From: Octopus bimaculoides
Taxonomy: Eukaryota
Length of the DNA stretch: 39,110 nt
Assembly (NCBI RefSeq): GCF_001194135.2
Contig: NC_068981.1
Coordinates: 123,515,426 to 123,554,535 of the forward strand
Direction: 5' to 3'
The notes under the pieces were generated by a model, which did no database searches, was not told where the DNA came from, and saw only the letters and a program-made list of their open reading frames with translations. Both the position numbers and the translations under genes were made by a program. Shown piece by piece: positions 1 through 11,819 of this stretch (position 1 is the stretch's first letter; each line of letters begins with the position of its first letter).

Positions 1-52
1 ATATATATATATACATGTATGTATGTATGTATATATATATATGTATGTATGT
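1..52. repeat. (AT)n/(ATGT)n microsatellite
   Basis: Directly visible tandem repeats. Confidence 0.9.
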
Positions 53-1904
53 AAACGCACATACACATATACACCCAAATGTACACGTATTCAAAACAAT
101 TTTCCCTTGATCCACTCTTCTTTGTTTTACTCAAACTTCATTGATTCAGTTATTCGCTGTTCTCTCTTCATTCTTATATTCTGTAATTGTTCAATTCTTC
201 TCATATTTATTTCACCTTCAATAATCTCTATAAGATTGATTTTCCTTCTTGCGCTCGTTCTTTCATTAACGCTATCGTTTAGATCGAACTGCCTTTCACC
301 TTCCTTTGTTTTCCTCTGTATATTTCATTTATTGATACTCTATTCGTATTATTTGTTATTTATATTTTTTTATCATCTTCCTTCAATCAATATCTATTCT
401 CTCGTTCTCACTTCGATATTTGCTTATTTATGCAATCCTGCCTTTATTCATATCACTTCGTTCTTTTCTTTCACTGACATGGTACTTCATTTTTACTTAT
501 TTTACATCCACCACGTCCGCATTCATTATTATTTTTTTTATTCACTTGATTTTGTTTCACCAATTTCTTTCTCTACCGTTCATTACTTTTTCCTTCATTT
601 TCGAATATTATCTCTTAACGCTGACTTTCATTCATTTACTTTTATCTTCATCCACAGACTTTTTTTTTTTATTCTGTTTTATAATTTGTGCAAGCAAAAT
701 ATTACTTATATTTTTTCCATCATTTCTGTAACCTATTTGATCTCAACATGACATTCGTTCTAACCGCTCCTAGTTCATTTTATACTTTCATACGTTTATT
801 CTACTTTCCTTGCCATTTAATTGTGTATATATCCTTTTACCTTTTTCACATTTAATCCGCCTTTAATCCTTTGCCGTCATGCACATTATATTTATGTTTC
901 ATTTGTTAATACATTTAGTTTCGTACAAATTCCCAGTATCTCAATCCTTCAAACTCTTTCAGATTTTTAATTCAACTGCAACTTCAATCTCTGTGTCATT
1001 CGTGTTTTTTTTTTTTTTTCAAACGTTTATACATTTCTTAATTGAACTATAGAATCCATAGTTCTTTCGCTTTATTTATTTCTGTCCGACAATATTATAT
1101 TACCCTGGTTTCTTCTTCTGTTATTCACTTCTTCAGACATTCTGACATTTTGTTGTCTCCCATCTTTTCATTTCTGTACCATTTATTCCCTCAAACCTAT
1201 AACCTCCTATTAGGTATATACCTTAACGAATTACGCTCTCCCTTCCCTCTATTTCATTTCTGTATGTTTATATTGTTTTCTCTCAATTAATCGTTTGTGC
1301 ATTCATTCATTCCTATAAATTTGTTCATTCCTTAATTTCTCCATATTTATATGGCGTTGCTATTTTACCTCATTTTTTCAACACCAGGTCTTATTTATTT
1401 ATTTATTCATTTCTTCATCTTTTTTTTCTTTTCGTTCACTTTATATTTCCTCAGTAATTTTGTTCCTTCATTCAACCTGTCTGGCATGTTTCCTTCGTTT
1501 CTTTCATACCTGTATTTCTTCGACCATTAACACTTTATAACTTTACAGCTTTATTTCCTAATCTGCATCTTCTTCCTATTCTATTGACTGCCGTCACTCC
1601 TTCATATTTTCATTCGTTCAGAGTCTCGCTAGATTCTTTCATACTCTTCCTCTTTCATTCAATTCTACTTCATTCATCCCCCCCCCCTACGCACACACAC
1701 ACACTCCAGCAACTCACTTTTACCTGTAAGCTGTCACACACATCCATATATCCACAATGTGTCACAAGATGACTTAAACATCACTCTTCACCATTCGATA
1801 ACCTTATTCTGCCTTCTTACGTTCTGCAAACACTATGTCCATATATGGAATGCAATGTCCAGTTAATGCAGAGCACAGCAAGGACTGTACCTCCAGTTTT
1901 GCGC

Positions 1905-1990
1905 CTCCTACCAATGACCCGCCCCTAACTCCTCCTTCACCAGCAAGAAACGCTAGACCTATTTTTCTTATTTCACATTACTACGTCAAT
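1905..1990 (-). promoter_or_regulatory. Candidate proximal promoter (CCAAT box, GC box, CRE half-site)
   Basis: CCAAT at 1911-1915, CCCGCCCC at 1918-1925 and ACGTCA at 1983-1988 cluster in a locally GC-richer island. A minus-strand donor CAG|GTAAAA lies at 1724/1723. Motif evidence only. Confidence 0.3.
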
Positions 1991-2004
1991 GGAAAATTTC
2001 GTTT

Positions 2005-2046
<42 letters not shown>

Positions 2047-2194
2047 AAATATATATGTATGTATGTCTATATATACATTTTGTTATATATTTTTTAAAGT
2101 CTGGTTTTACGTTATTTTCATGTGAACACTCCCCTGCAATTCTCAACACTAGTATCGATTTATTTGCACAACTCATTCCTACCTTTATCTGATG

Positions 2195-2205
2195 CTTTCT
2201 CTCTT

Positions 2206-2286
<81 letters not shown>

Positions 2287-2290
2287 CTCT
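2195..2290. repeat. (CT)n-(CTAT)n compound microsatellite
   Basis: Directly visible. Confidence 0.95.
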
Positions 2291-2546
2291 CTTTCCCGTT
2301 CCCTCTTCCTCCATTTCCTTCTAATTTATTCTCTGATTCTGTGGCTCTATATTCTTCAGTCTATATCTAACACTGTCTCTCTATTTGTCTATTCTATATA
2401 TCTGTGTATCTGTTTATCAATGTATCAATCTAGCTACCTAACTAGCTAGCTGTGGAACTACTTTTAGCTAGCAATCTATTTGCTACTATCAATATGTGTA
2501 TGTGTGTGTATAGGCACGCATATAGATAAATAAACAACTATATTAC

Positions 2547-2547
<1 letters not shown>

Positions 2548-2624
<77 letters not shown>
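2548..2624. repeat. (GATA)n microsatellite
   Basis: Perfect tandem TAGA/GATA array. Confidence 0.95.
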
Positions 2625-2626
<2 letters not shown>

Positions 2627-2952
2627 ACAGCTGCATACACTTTCAAACATATACATATATATATATGTGCGTATCTACCTATCTACCTGCCTACCAACAT
2701 ATTTATACAAGTGTGTGTGTGTGTGTATTGATAATAAATTCTCGTATATAACTGTACATGCAAATAGGTCCATTTGTTTGTAACTCTCATCTCAGTGTCT
2801 CTTATTAGTTATTATTTTTTTCTATCCATCTCCCTTTCGCAAAGTTTTTAACTCTTGCTTCCATATCTCCTTATTTTACACCTCTTCCTACACATCTTTT
2901 CACCTATCACCCTCGCTCAATTTCTATATGTTCCTCTAGTACCTGTATGTAA

Positions 2953-2989
<37 letters not shown>

Positions 2990-3657
2990 NNNNNNNNNNN
3001 NNNNNNNNNNNNNNNNNNNNNNNNNNNNNNNNNNNNNNNNNNNNNNNNNNNNNNNNNNNNNNNNNNNNNNNNNNNNNNNNNNNNNNNNNNNNNNNNNNNN
3101 NNNNNNNNNNNNNNNNNNNNNNNNNNNNNNNNNNNNNNNNNNNNNNNNNNNNNNNNNNNNNNNNNNNNNNNNNNNNNNNNNNNNNNNNNNNNNNNNNNNN
3201 NNNNNNNNNNNNNNNNNNNNNNNNNNNNNNNNNNNNNNNNNNNNNNNNNNNNNNNNNNNNNNNNNNNNNNNNNNNNNNNNNNNNNNNNNNNNNNNNNNNN
3301 NNNNNNNNNNNNNNNNNNNNNNNNNNNNNNNNNNNNNNNNNNNNNNNNNNNNNNNNNNNNNNNNNNNNNNNNNNNNNNNNNNNNNNNNNNNNNNNNNNNN
3401 NNNNNNNNNNNNNNNNNNNNNNNNNNNNNNNNNNNNNNNNNNNNNNNNNNNNNNNNNNNNNNNNNNNNNNNNNNNNNNNNNNNNNNNNNTATATATACAT
3501 ATATACATGCATATATATATATATATATATATATACATATGTATACATGGTGTAAATCAACAATGGTGACTCAGAGACTTACACTATAGTGTCACTGCAT
3601 TTATAGAACTCAAAACTTTTGGCAGTTGTATTGATATACTAATCTGAAACATGCGTG

Positions 3658-3742
3658 GGTATGTATGTATGTATGTATTTATGTATGTATGTATGTATGT
3701 ATGTATGTATGTATGTATGTATGTATGTATGTATGTATGTAT
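3658..3742. repeat. (ATGT)n microsatellite
   Basis: Directly visible. Confidence 0.95.
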
Positions 3743-4232
3743 GTGCGTGTATTTCTGGTACTAACTTTTTGTGCATATATGTTTTTGATTATACCTTTCT
3801 TTCAATATTTCACTCATCATCGTTCATTCCACTTTTTATGTCACTAATGCACCTATTCTCTATAGTCATCCCTACAAATGAATAACTGTACTCATTATTG
3901 CTTTCATTATTGTTGTTGGGTATGTTTATTTAGCGTTCTTATCAGAATCTGACCTGGTACAGTTTCCAACCAAATACACATATAGTTATTACCTGTGGTA
4001 TGTGTATAATCTTTATACTAATACTTCTCATACTATCTGCAATGATGAGAGTGCCGTTATCCTTCTACTACTCGTATTCGTGTCTAGTTGAAAGTAGAGA
4101 AATGCTGCGCGTGCATAGATGCACGTACATAAGTGCACGCGAGCACCAGTACGTGCACCTATATCCAGATTCACCCATTTTCGCAATATCAACGAGCAAA
4201 TCAACAAGTAAATAAATATAACGGGTTATATA

Positions 4233-4668
4233 GGCGCAGGAATGGTAAGTAGCTTGCTTACCAGCCACATGGTTCCGGGTTCAGTCCCACTACGTGGCAC
4301 CTTCGGCAAATGTCTTCTACTATAGCCTTGGGTTGACCAAAGTCTTGTGAGTGGATTTGGTAGACAGTAACTGCAAGAAGCCCGTCGTATATATGCATAT
4401 ANNNNNNNNNNNNNNNNNNNNNNNNNNNNNNNNNNNNNNNNNNNNNNNNNNNNNNNNNNNNNNNNNNNNNNNNNNNNNNNNNNNNNNNNNNNNNNNNNNN
4501 NNNNNNNNNNNNNNNNNNNNNNNNNNNNNNNNNNNNNNNNNNNNNNNNNNNNNNNNNNNNNNNNNNNNNNNNNNNNNNNNNNNNNNNNNNNNNNNNNNNN
4601 NNNNNNNNNNNNNNNNNNNNNNNNNNNNNNNNNNNNNNNNNNNNNNNNNNNNNNNNNNNNNNNNNNNN

Positions 4669-4699
<31 letters not shown>

Positions 4700-4710
4700 C
4701 ACGCACGCAC

Positions 4711-4746
<36 letters not shown>

Positions 4747-4958
4747 GTTTGGGTGTCTGTGTTTGTCCCCCACCATCGCTTGACAACCGATGCTGGTGTG
4801 TTTACGTCCCCGTAACTTAGCGGTTCGGCAAAAAGAGACCGATAGAATAAGTATTAGGCTTACAAAGAATAAGTCCTGCGGTTGATTTTCTCGACTAAAG
4901 GCGGTGCTCCAGCATGGCCACAGTCAAACGACTGAAACAAGTACAAGAGTAAAAGAGT
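4233..4958 (+). mobile_element. tRNA-derived SINE (octopus OK/OR-type), full length, with an expanded central microsatellite and an assembly gap
   Basis: tRNA-like head with B-box-like GGTTCAGTCCC; the A-box is partly deleted relative to the 19745 copy. A central (AT)/(ATGT) tract precedes the 3' tail GGCGGTGCTCCAGCATGGCCACAGTCAAACGACTGAAACAAGT...AAAAGAG. Closely matches the copy at 19745-20137. Confidence 0.88.
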
Positions 4959-5007
4959 ATAATTTATCCCTACACTCGAACAAACACACGCACCCACTCA
5001 AACATGC

Positions 5008-5076
5008 AGACATATAAGTGTGTGTGTGTGTGTGCGTGTGTTTGTGTGTGTGTAAAGATATAGATATAGAGACATG

Positions 5077-5142
<66 letters not shown>

Positions 5143-5168
5143 TACAGACAGACAGACAGACCGACAGG

Positions 5169-5207
<39 letters not shown>

Positions 5208-5212
5208 TTAGA
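5008..5212. repeat. (GT)n-(GATA)n-(GACA)n compound microsatellite
   Basis: Directly visible. Confidence 0.95.
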
Positions 5213-6150
5213 TAACAATTCTTCAATTCATGCATGTATATATGCACAAGTTTGCCACATTGCACTCTCAGTAATATACGCATGCATATACAAATATATA
5301 CGTGTGCGTGTGTGTGTATATGTGTGTGTGTGTATGTAACTAAATTATGAAGGCCTACTTTCTAATACAAAGTGACTTTTTCTTTACAAATTTTGTGGTA
5401 CCTTTTAAAAATTATCACGTAAACCCTCTCCTTCATATCTGTTGTGCTTCCACTTTGCACTGTTAGTTTAAGGAATAAGTCCATGTAACTTTCTTTAAAA
5501 GCGTCCGTGACTGTGGTAGCTTTAGTCAGATCTCGGCAGATGGTGTATCGTTAATTGCTCAAGAATTTTATTATATTTTGTATCTAGTTTTCAATTACGT
5601 GGTTTTGCCTTGATGATGAATGCCATTGAGTGTTTGAAGCTTTATTATCAAGACACACTTCGAGTATAAATGTAAGTATTTGCGTGTATGTAAACATTTG
5701 CTGAATATTCCACGCCATTAACTGAAAGCAGTTAACATAACATAGAACAACAAAAGAGGTCCCCAATTTAACTTTGAATCAAAGCCATAATTGTAATGTA
5801 TTTACATTTTCCTTCTATCATATCCACGCTTCCAAATATTTAAATTATTTATATCCATACACGTGTATGTATATAAGCGCTCGTATATATATATATATAT
5901 ATATNNNNNNNNNNNNNNNNNNNNNNNNNNNNNNNNNNNNNNNNNNNNNNNNNNNNNNNNNNNNNNNNNNNNNNNNNNNNNNNNNNNNNNNNNNNNNNNN
6001 NNNNNNNNNNNNNNNNNNNNNNNNNNNNNNNNNNNNNNNNNNNNNNNNNNNNNNNNNNNNNNNNNNNNNNNNNNNNNNNNNNNNNNNNNNNNNNNNNNNN
6101 NNNNNNNNNNNNNNNNNNNNNNNNNNNNNNATATATATATATATATATAT

Positions 6151-6385
6151 AGGAGGATTCACGAAAAAACAACAGACGAAGACAGGTAGTGTAAACAACA
6201 AATGGATGTATTAGTATAACGCTCGGGAATAGAGTAAGTCTTTAACGTTTCGAGCCTACGCTCTTCAACAGAAAATAACACAGAAAGAAACAAGGAGAGA
6301 AACAAGGTTGAGAGAAAAGTATATATGTGTAGTGATCAGCGATCTATCATGGCGAATGCCGGACAGAAGGGTCACACAGGAGTAC
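6151..6385 (-). mobile_element. Penelope-like element terminal (pLTR/3') fragment with a hammerhead-like core
   Basis: Minus strand reads CTGTTGA-A-GAGC-GTAG-GCTC-GAAACGTT (6271-6244) and ends at an (AT)n tract. Homologous to 32555-32625 and 33965-34130 (shared GACGAAGACA..GT, ATGTATTAG, GACGCTCGG/AACGCTCGG, TTTCGAGC). Penelope assignment is inferred from the motif. Confidence 0.55.
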
Positions 6386-7184
6386 ACATATATATTTTCT
6401 TCGCTTTGAAAACAAAAGAGTTTTATATTGATGCTATGAAAAAGCTTCTAAATAGATGGAAGGAAGTCATAGATAATCAGGGAAAGTAGATTGATGATGA
6501 AATTTCAATTAAATATAGCATTTGATCACTTGTTTTCTTTATTCAACATTCGGACAGAACTTATGGGATGACCTGATAGTATTCAAAGCCAACACTGCAA
6601 GTAACAACGTTTGGTATACGAATACATCTACGTGATCAATGCAATCGAAAATAGAAATGTAATAGGTGTAAATGAATATTTGAAGTGTTACTCCTCTCTC
6701 GTCAGCCTAATATCCAAATCCATCAACTATCCTCGGACGTATTGGTTAAATATTCACTACACTTAGGGTTAAACACAGTTGGATAAGCAAATTTACATAT
6801 CTAACATATTCCTGGCAACTTGTACGTACATATTAATTACTAGCAAGTATACGACATTTCGTTTTGCAGCTATGATATATTACTGAGTATATCAAAGGTT
6901 TACAAATCATTATTGTGCTTTACTTCTTGTGTTAGCAGTGCGATATTCTCACTGAGTGTATCACTATAAATTTCCTTTCAAAAATTAAGATACAATACTG
7001 ATACACTCATTACTTATGTTTTCAATCTTCGATTGCATTGTTTACATAAACGTATTCTTATATGAAACGTCGTAACTTGTAGCGCTATCTCTGAATTCTA
7101 TAGAACATTTATAGAGATACGCATAAAATGATATACATACGCATGTATATGTGCACTAGCGTGTGAGTGTGTATATAGTTCTTT

Positions 7185-10100
7185 GAGTTTTATTTCAGTT
7201 CTTCTTACGAGAGTTCGCGCCGGGTGCTAACAAAGCAATAAGACTTTTTTCGGTGATATGAGAGGCTGAGTTAGTGTGTTGGTTGAGCTTCGATGCACAT
7301 ACTTGGGTGGGTGCATCTATTCACTTTAAAAAATCTCAGATGGAGAATCTTTGCATTGTGCCACTAATCGATTGGGTTTAGAGAATCCGCGCCAGTTTCT
7401 TCGAAAAACCTGGTATTTCTAGAATTTTGTGTAAATTTGTAGGTACATAGCGTAATGCACCTACAACGATAGGTACAAATGAGAATTTATAGTCACAGTA
7501 CAAGAGCTATAACTTCCGCATGAATTCACCATAAATGTACTTTTTTTCCTGGACTTTTGATTGTACATTCACATAAGCTGGTTACCTGACCTCTACAACA
7601 GTGCATGACTTTTGCTCCCTGTCCCACAGAACAATATCAGGTCTGTTATATTGGCCCCGAATTGCTGTTTTTATTGTAGTGTTTCAACAGTATTCCTTGT
7701 TAATAAATGCGTGGATACTTGCTGGTTTTGACATGCCTTCGATGTAAACGCCAAGACAATCCTTCCTGCGGATAGCATTTTAATTAGTCTTTGTAAATAT
7801 ATCATGCCTCAAGGGCGGGTAGTATCTCGTAGATATTTCGGTGAAAGCAGAGGCGACATTTTTAATCACAACATGAAAGTTTGGTAGCATCGTTGTCTCT
7901 CTTGCTTGTCGGATATTTAGTAGCTATCTCCTGTTCTTGATTAGCAAAGGCGTATCCTTCTAAGGGGGATGTAATATAGGTATCACAGGTCCAGGAGAGG
8001 CTATCCTTCCTCTCACAGCCGTTGTTATCCTGTAGCCTACGAGATATGTACCCATGCATTGCTTTTTGCTGGTGTGATGCCTGCTTATCTTCCAAGTTTC
8101 TGTTTAGGTAGACTTGCCCAGTTTTTTTTTTTTGGTTCGCATGACTGTGCAGAGTGCCTGCACAGTAGTTCTTTACCAACTCTGAAAATGTCCTCACTCT
8201 TAAGTATTTATGGAATGTATTCACTTTTTTCTTTACTTTTCAGCAAATGTTGCCTCAGTGATTCAGTACGATATTCAAAGGTTGTTTGAACTAACCTTAT
8301 GCTTCTACCGCCATCATTTTGTCTCACATAGATCCTATCGGTGGAATTTTCCAGTGGTGGTCAGTACTTTTTCAATTATGTTCAGAGACTGGCACTGCAA
8401 AAGCATTGTGAGATATGGTTTTTGTTAAATGCAGACAGCTCTTAGTTAAATTCCATTTTTTCCGGTGTTTACAGAAGTACTCTTTTAATATTTTGGCTTT
8501 AGTCGCAACACCAACGTATGCTGCATTCTCAGCAATTCCGAGTTTCTTGTGGTTTTCATCCTTAGAGATAGGGGAGACAGACAAGCCATTGATGTGCATA
8601 TATTCTCCGTCTGGATGACAATCTTTCTTCGGTTGACTATCATGTATGAGTCTTTATCTTGCCAAAACACCATTCTTATGTCTTATAAGAATTCTGTGAC
8701 TATTTGTAATCATTACTTGATGTTGACCATGTTGCCAGAAAATAGCTTTAGGTTTTCAACAAAAATGTGTGCATGACATTCATGCCTTGGCGCTTTGTTA
8801 ACAGGGCTGACAGGTGTCATTGCTAGTACAAACAATATTACAAATACAATATCTCTTTGCAATAAGCCCGTTGATAGCTTAATTCTCTTTGTGACAATAA
8901 GTGTTGCTTTGGTAGTTGTGGGAACTGTGTAGGGGGGCATATTGTGGTCTCTCTTTCAGTAGCATTCACAACAGAAATTGATACTTTAGGAAGTATCATT
9001 CATAATTGAAGAACAGTGTCCAAACGCCTTGTAGTCAAGCCATAATTATAACATATTGTGCTTGGCTTCCTTGCGAACAGCTTTATTGAAGGGAATCTGC
9101 CCAGCACAGTCCCAGACTCCTTTCTTTCCTCTTGCCTGTTCGTTGGTTATCACACTAATTTTTTGGCAGTTGTCTTGGAAAGACACGTTCAGACAGCCTG
9201 TAGATAGTTTGTACATAACATTCAAACATTCTATGGGCCGATAGATTTTGGCTACAGGTGTCCTTTGTTATTGGAGATAAGAGTAGTCATTACAACACTC
9301 AGTCAGTCAATCATATCAAACTCAGTGACAACTGCTTTATTTTTTAAAACAGGGTCATGAGAATTTCCATCTAGAACGTTTGCTTTCTGTACCAGTAGTA
9401 TACTATCAGTTCTCTCCTCAGTGATTTCTCCATTTGGCAGTTTCATAATAACTGTCAGACGTATTTCACTGGTGATATTATATATTTTGAGGGAGTCATC
9501 TACACAATATTCACTTTGCAGTTCGTCTAACCATGCTGCATCAAGATTATGTTCTTTTTTTACACTCCAGATTCCCCGCCGAAATTACTCTAGGTTTAGC
9601 TTGATGGTATCGATTTTCATACTGCAATAAGCAGCTTATGTGTTTCGAAGAAGCTAGCAATTTTCGTTCAGGTAATCTTTTTACACAAAGGAAGGTTTTC
9701 ATTTACCGTTTGTAGATAGTGTTTGAGTGTGATTACTTTGCTTGTGAGTATTTCTCAGCAGTAATCCACATACAGTTTGGCGAATTCATCATGCAGTCGG
9801 AGCTGATGATTCGCATATTCATTTTTAACTTTGCATTTGATGATAATGTCAAATTGTCCTATCTTTTTTTGAACCCGTTTGATGTTATTTCGGAGAAGAG
9901 TTATTCAGTTTAGTTCAGTATTATCCTATTGATTAATCTTTTACTACCTTCTGTTAGTGCACAGTAACTGCAGCACAATATATAGGGACATTTATTGCCC
10001 AAAAGCTATGACCTTGAATTTGAGCTGCTTGCAGATAACATCAGTAGTTGGCTTTTTTTTTTTAGAATAAAAATGCCACTAGCCACCTCATCACGACTGG

Positions 10101-10210
10101 CAATATGATGTACATAAGCAGATACAGTCATGTACATACAACGAGTGGAAGTGGCTTCCAAAGCCATATGGTAAATAACCTGAAGTTGACGTACAGCTGG
10201 AGAAATGCAT
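7185..10210 (-). mobile_element. Decayed R4/Dong-type non-LTR retrotransposon (RT + restriction-like endonuclease), 5'-truncated
   Basis: Minus-strand translation with many stops and frameshifts gives ordered motifs: IYCAAVT, GIWSVKKEHNLDAAWL, YRPIECLNVMYK, WLDYKAF (LDYxKAFD), GLLQRD..LFVL (QGD), HIFVENLKLF (FxDDLK), KLGIAEN, HGYI..LEGYAFANQEQ, RHD, RPDIVLWD..EKKYIY..VPIVVGAL. Confidence 0.9.
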
Positions 10211-10211
10211 A

Positions 10212-11580
10212 TCAATAGCTATAAAACACAAGATGTTTGTGTGTGTGTGTACGTGATATGGGTTATGCACGTCCACAAATTAGCACGCATGTCGCTCCAA
10301 TTTTAGGGGGACATTGTTCATGACCCTATCTGTGTTTTTGTCAACTTTTCTCACAGAGGCACCGGCGTATAGCTGTAAAAATCGATGAACTTTTACCAAT
10401 TTTGAAGTTTGTTGACATGGCGATGTCAAATCTGTGCGTACGCGCGTGAAGGAGAGAGAGAGCAAGAGAGAGAGAGAAAGAAAGAAAGAGAGGGATAAAG
10501 AAAGAAAGAGAGAGAAAGAAAGAAAGAGAGAGAGAAAGAAAAAAGAGAGAAAGAAAGAAATAGTGTGTTTGTGACAAGGGGAGAAACAGAGTGTTTGCCA
10601 AGCGTCTAAAAAAAAAAAAAATTAAAAAGTGGAAGAGGNNNNNNNNNNNNNNNNNNNNNNNNNNNNNNNNNNNNNNNNNNNNNNNNNNNNNNNNNNNNNN
10701 NNNNNNNNNNNNNNNNNNNNNNNNNNNNNNNNNNNNNNNNNNNNNNNNNNNNNNNNNNNNNNNNNNNNNNNNNNNNNNNNNNNNNNNNNNNNNNNNNNNN
10801 NNNNNNNNNNNNNNNNNNNNNNNNNNNNNNNNNNNNNNNNNNNNNNNNNNNNNNNNNNNNNNNNNNNNNNNNNNNNNNNNNNNNNNNNNNNNNNNNNNNN
10901 NNNNNNNNNNNNNNNNNNNNNNNNNNNNNNNNNNNNNNNNNNNNNNNNNNNNNNNNNNNNNNNNNNNNNNNNCTCACTCTCACACATACGCACATATACT
11001 ACTTTGGGAGCGAAAGAGTTTTGTTTATATTTCACAACTATGAAACAAAAACGTATATAACAATTTGTCAGTCACCCCCACCAACCCGTTTTCGGACCAC
11101 AAAAAGGGTTTGGTAATTTTTCAGATTAACACCCGCACGATTTCCACTAGGGTGTTACGGTTAGGATTAGGATTAGGGTTAGGGTTACGGTTTTAGGGTC
11201 AGAGTTAAGGTTAGGGTTTAGGGTTAGGGTTACAGTTAACATAGAAGGGACAGGCTCCTTATTTTTTGGATAAGGTTGTTGGTAAGCTTTCCAAAGTTAC
11301 TCCAATCCAGATCCCCAATGCAAACCTTCAGATCAACCTTCTCCTATACAGATCTCTAATGCAACATTAAAAAAAAGAGTCAATAAGTGAAAATAACCAA
11401 TAAACTGATTCCTTATGGGATTTCCCAATCAAATTGCCAGGAAACCATTTTCAGCCAAACCAATTTCAACGGATTTCTCTCAAATCTGATGTCGATGTTA
11501 CTTATTTTGGTTTGAAATAAAGGACTTAATCATTTAAAAATCCTAGCTTAATCCCAAGCAGCGCCGGGTTATACTTCTAG
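10212..11580 (+). mobile_element. Non-autonomous Helitron with both termini
   Basis: 5' end A|TCAATAGCTATAAAACACAAGATGTTTGTGTGTG (TC start followed by a TG tract). 3' end has a GC-rich hairpin CCCAAGCAGCGCCGGG then TTATACTTCTAG|T. Inserted between A and T with no TSD, the Helitron hallmark. Contains a gap at 10639-10972. Confidence 0.7.
11148..11232 (+). repeat. Degenerate interstitial (TTAGGG)n-like array inside the Helitron
   Basis: TTAGGA TTAGGA TTAGGG TTAGGG TTACGG TTTTAGGG ... TTAGGG TTTAGGG TTAGGG. Confidence 0.85.
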
Positions 11581-11819
11581 TGTAAAATGTTTACAACTTA
11601 CCCAGGAACTATACGACAAATACAACGAGGAAGAATCGTTAGTCCGAAATAGAAGTAACTACACCACATCAAAAGGTAAGAAAAAATTCTTGACCATTTC
11701 TGTGAACACATCACGAATTACCCATATCAACATATATACAAACAAAAATACAAGCCAAACTTCAGCAAAAACAAATGGGCTTAGCTGAACAGATTAAAGG
11801 ATGATAAAACAATAACAAT

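Noticed and set aside
23-751. 242-aa hydrophobic ORF
   Set aside because: Starts in a microsatellite; the F/L/I/S-rich composition follows from T-rich low-complexity DNA; no domain motif or splice support.
3575-3595. ACACTATAGTGTCAC resembling an SP6 promoter/vector sequence
   Set aside because: Only a partial match with no other vector sequence nearby; a short chance palindrome.
4233-4310. tRNA gene in the SINE heads (also 19745-19820)
   Set aside because: A/B-box-like motifs only; no cloverleaf, and the sequence continues into the SINE body.
2855-4815. Long ORFs spanning N-gaps (also at 5.8, 10.6, 15.6, 18, 19.4, 26-27, 28.7-29.7 and 33.6-34 kb)
   Set aside because: Artefacts of translating Ns and (AT)n/(GT)n as X/YI/CV runs.
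11148-11232. Chromosome end or fusion scar
   Set aside because: Short, degenerate and enclosed within Helitron termini.
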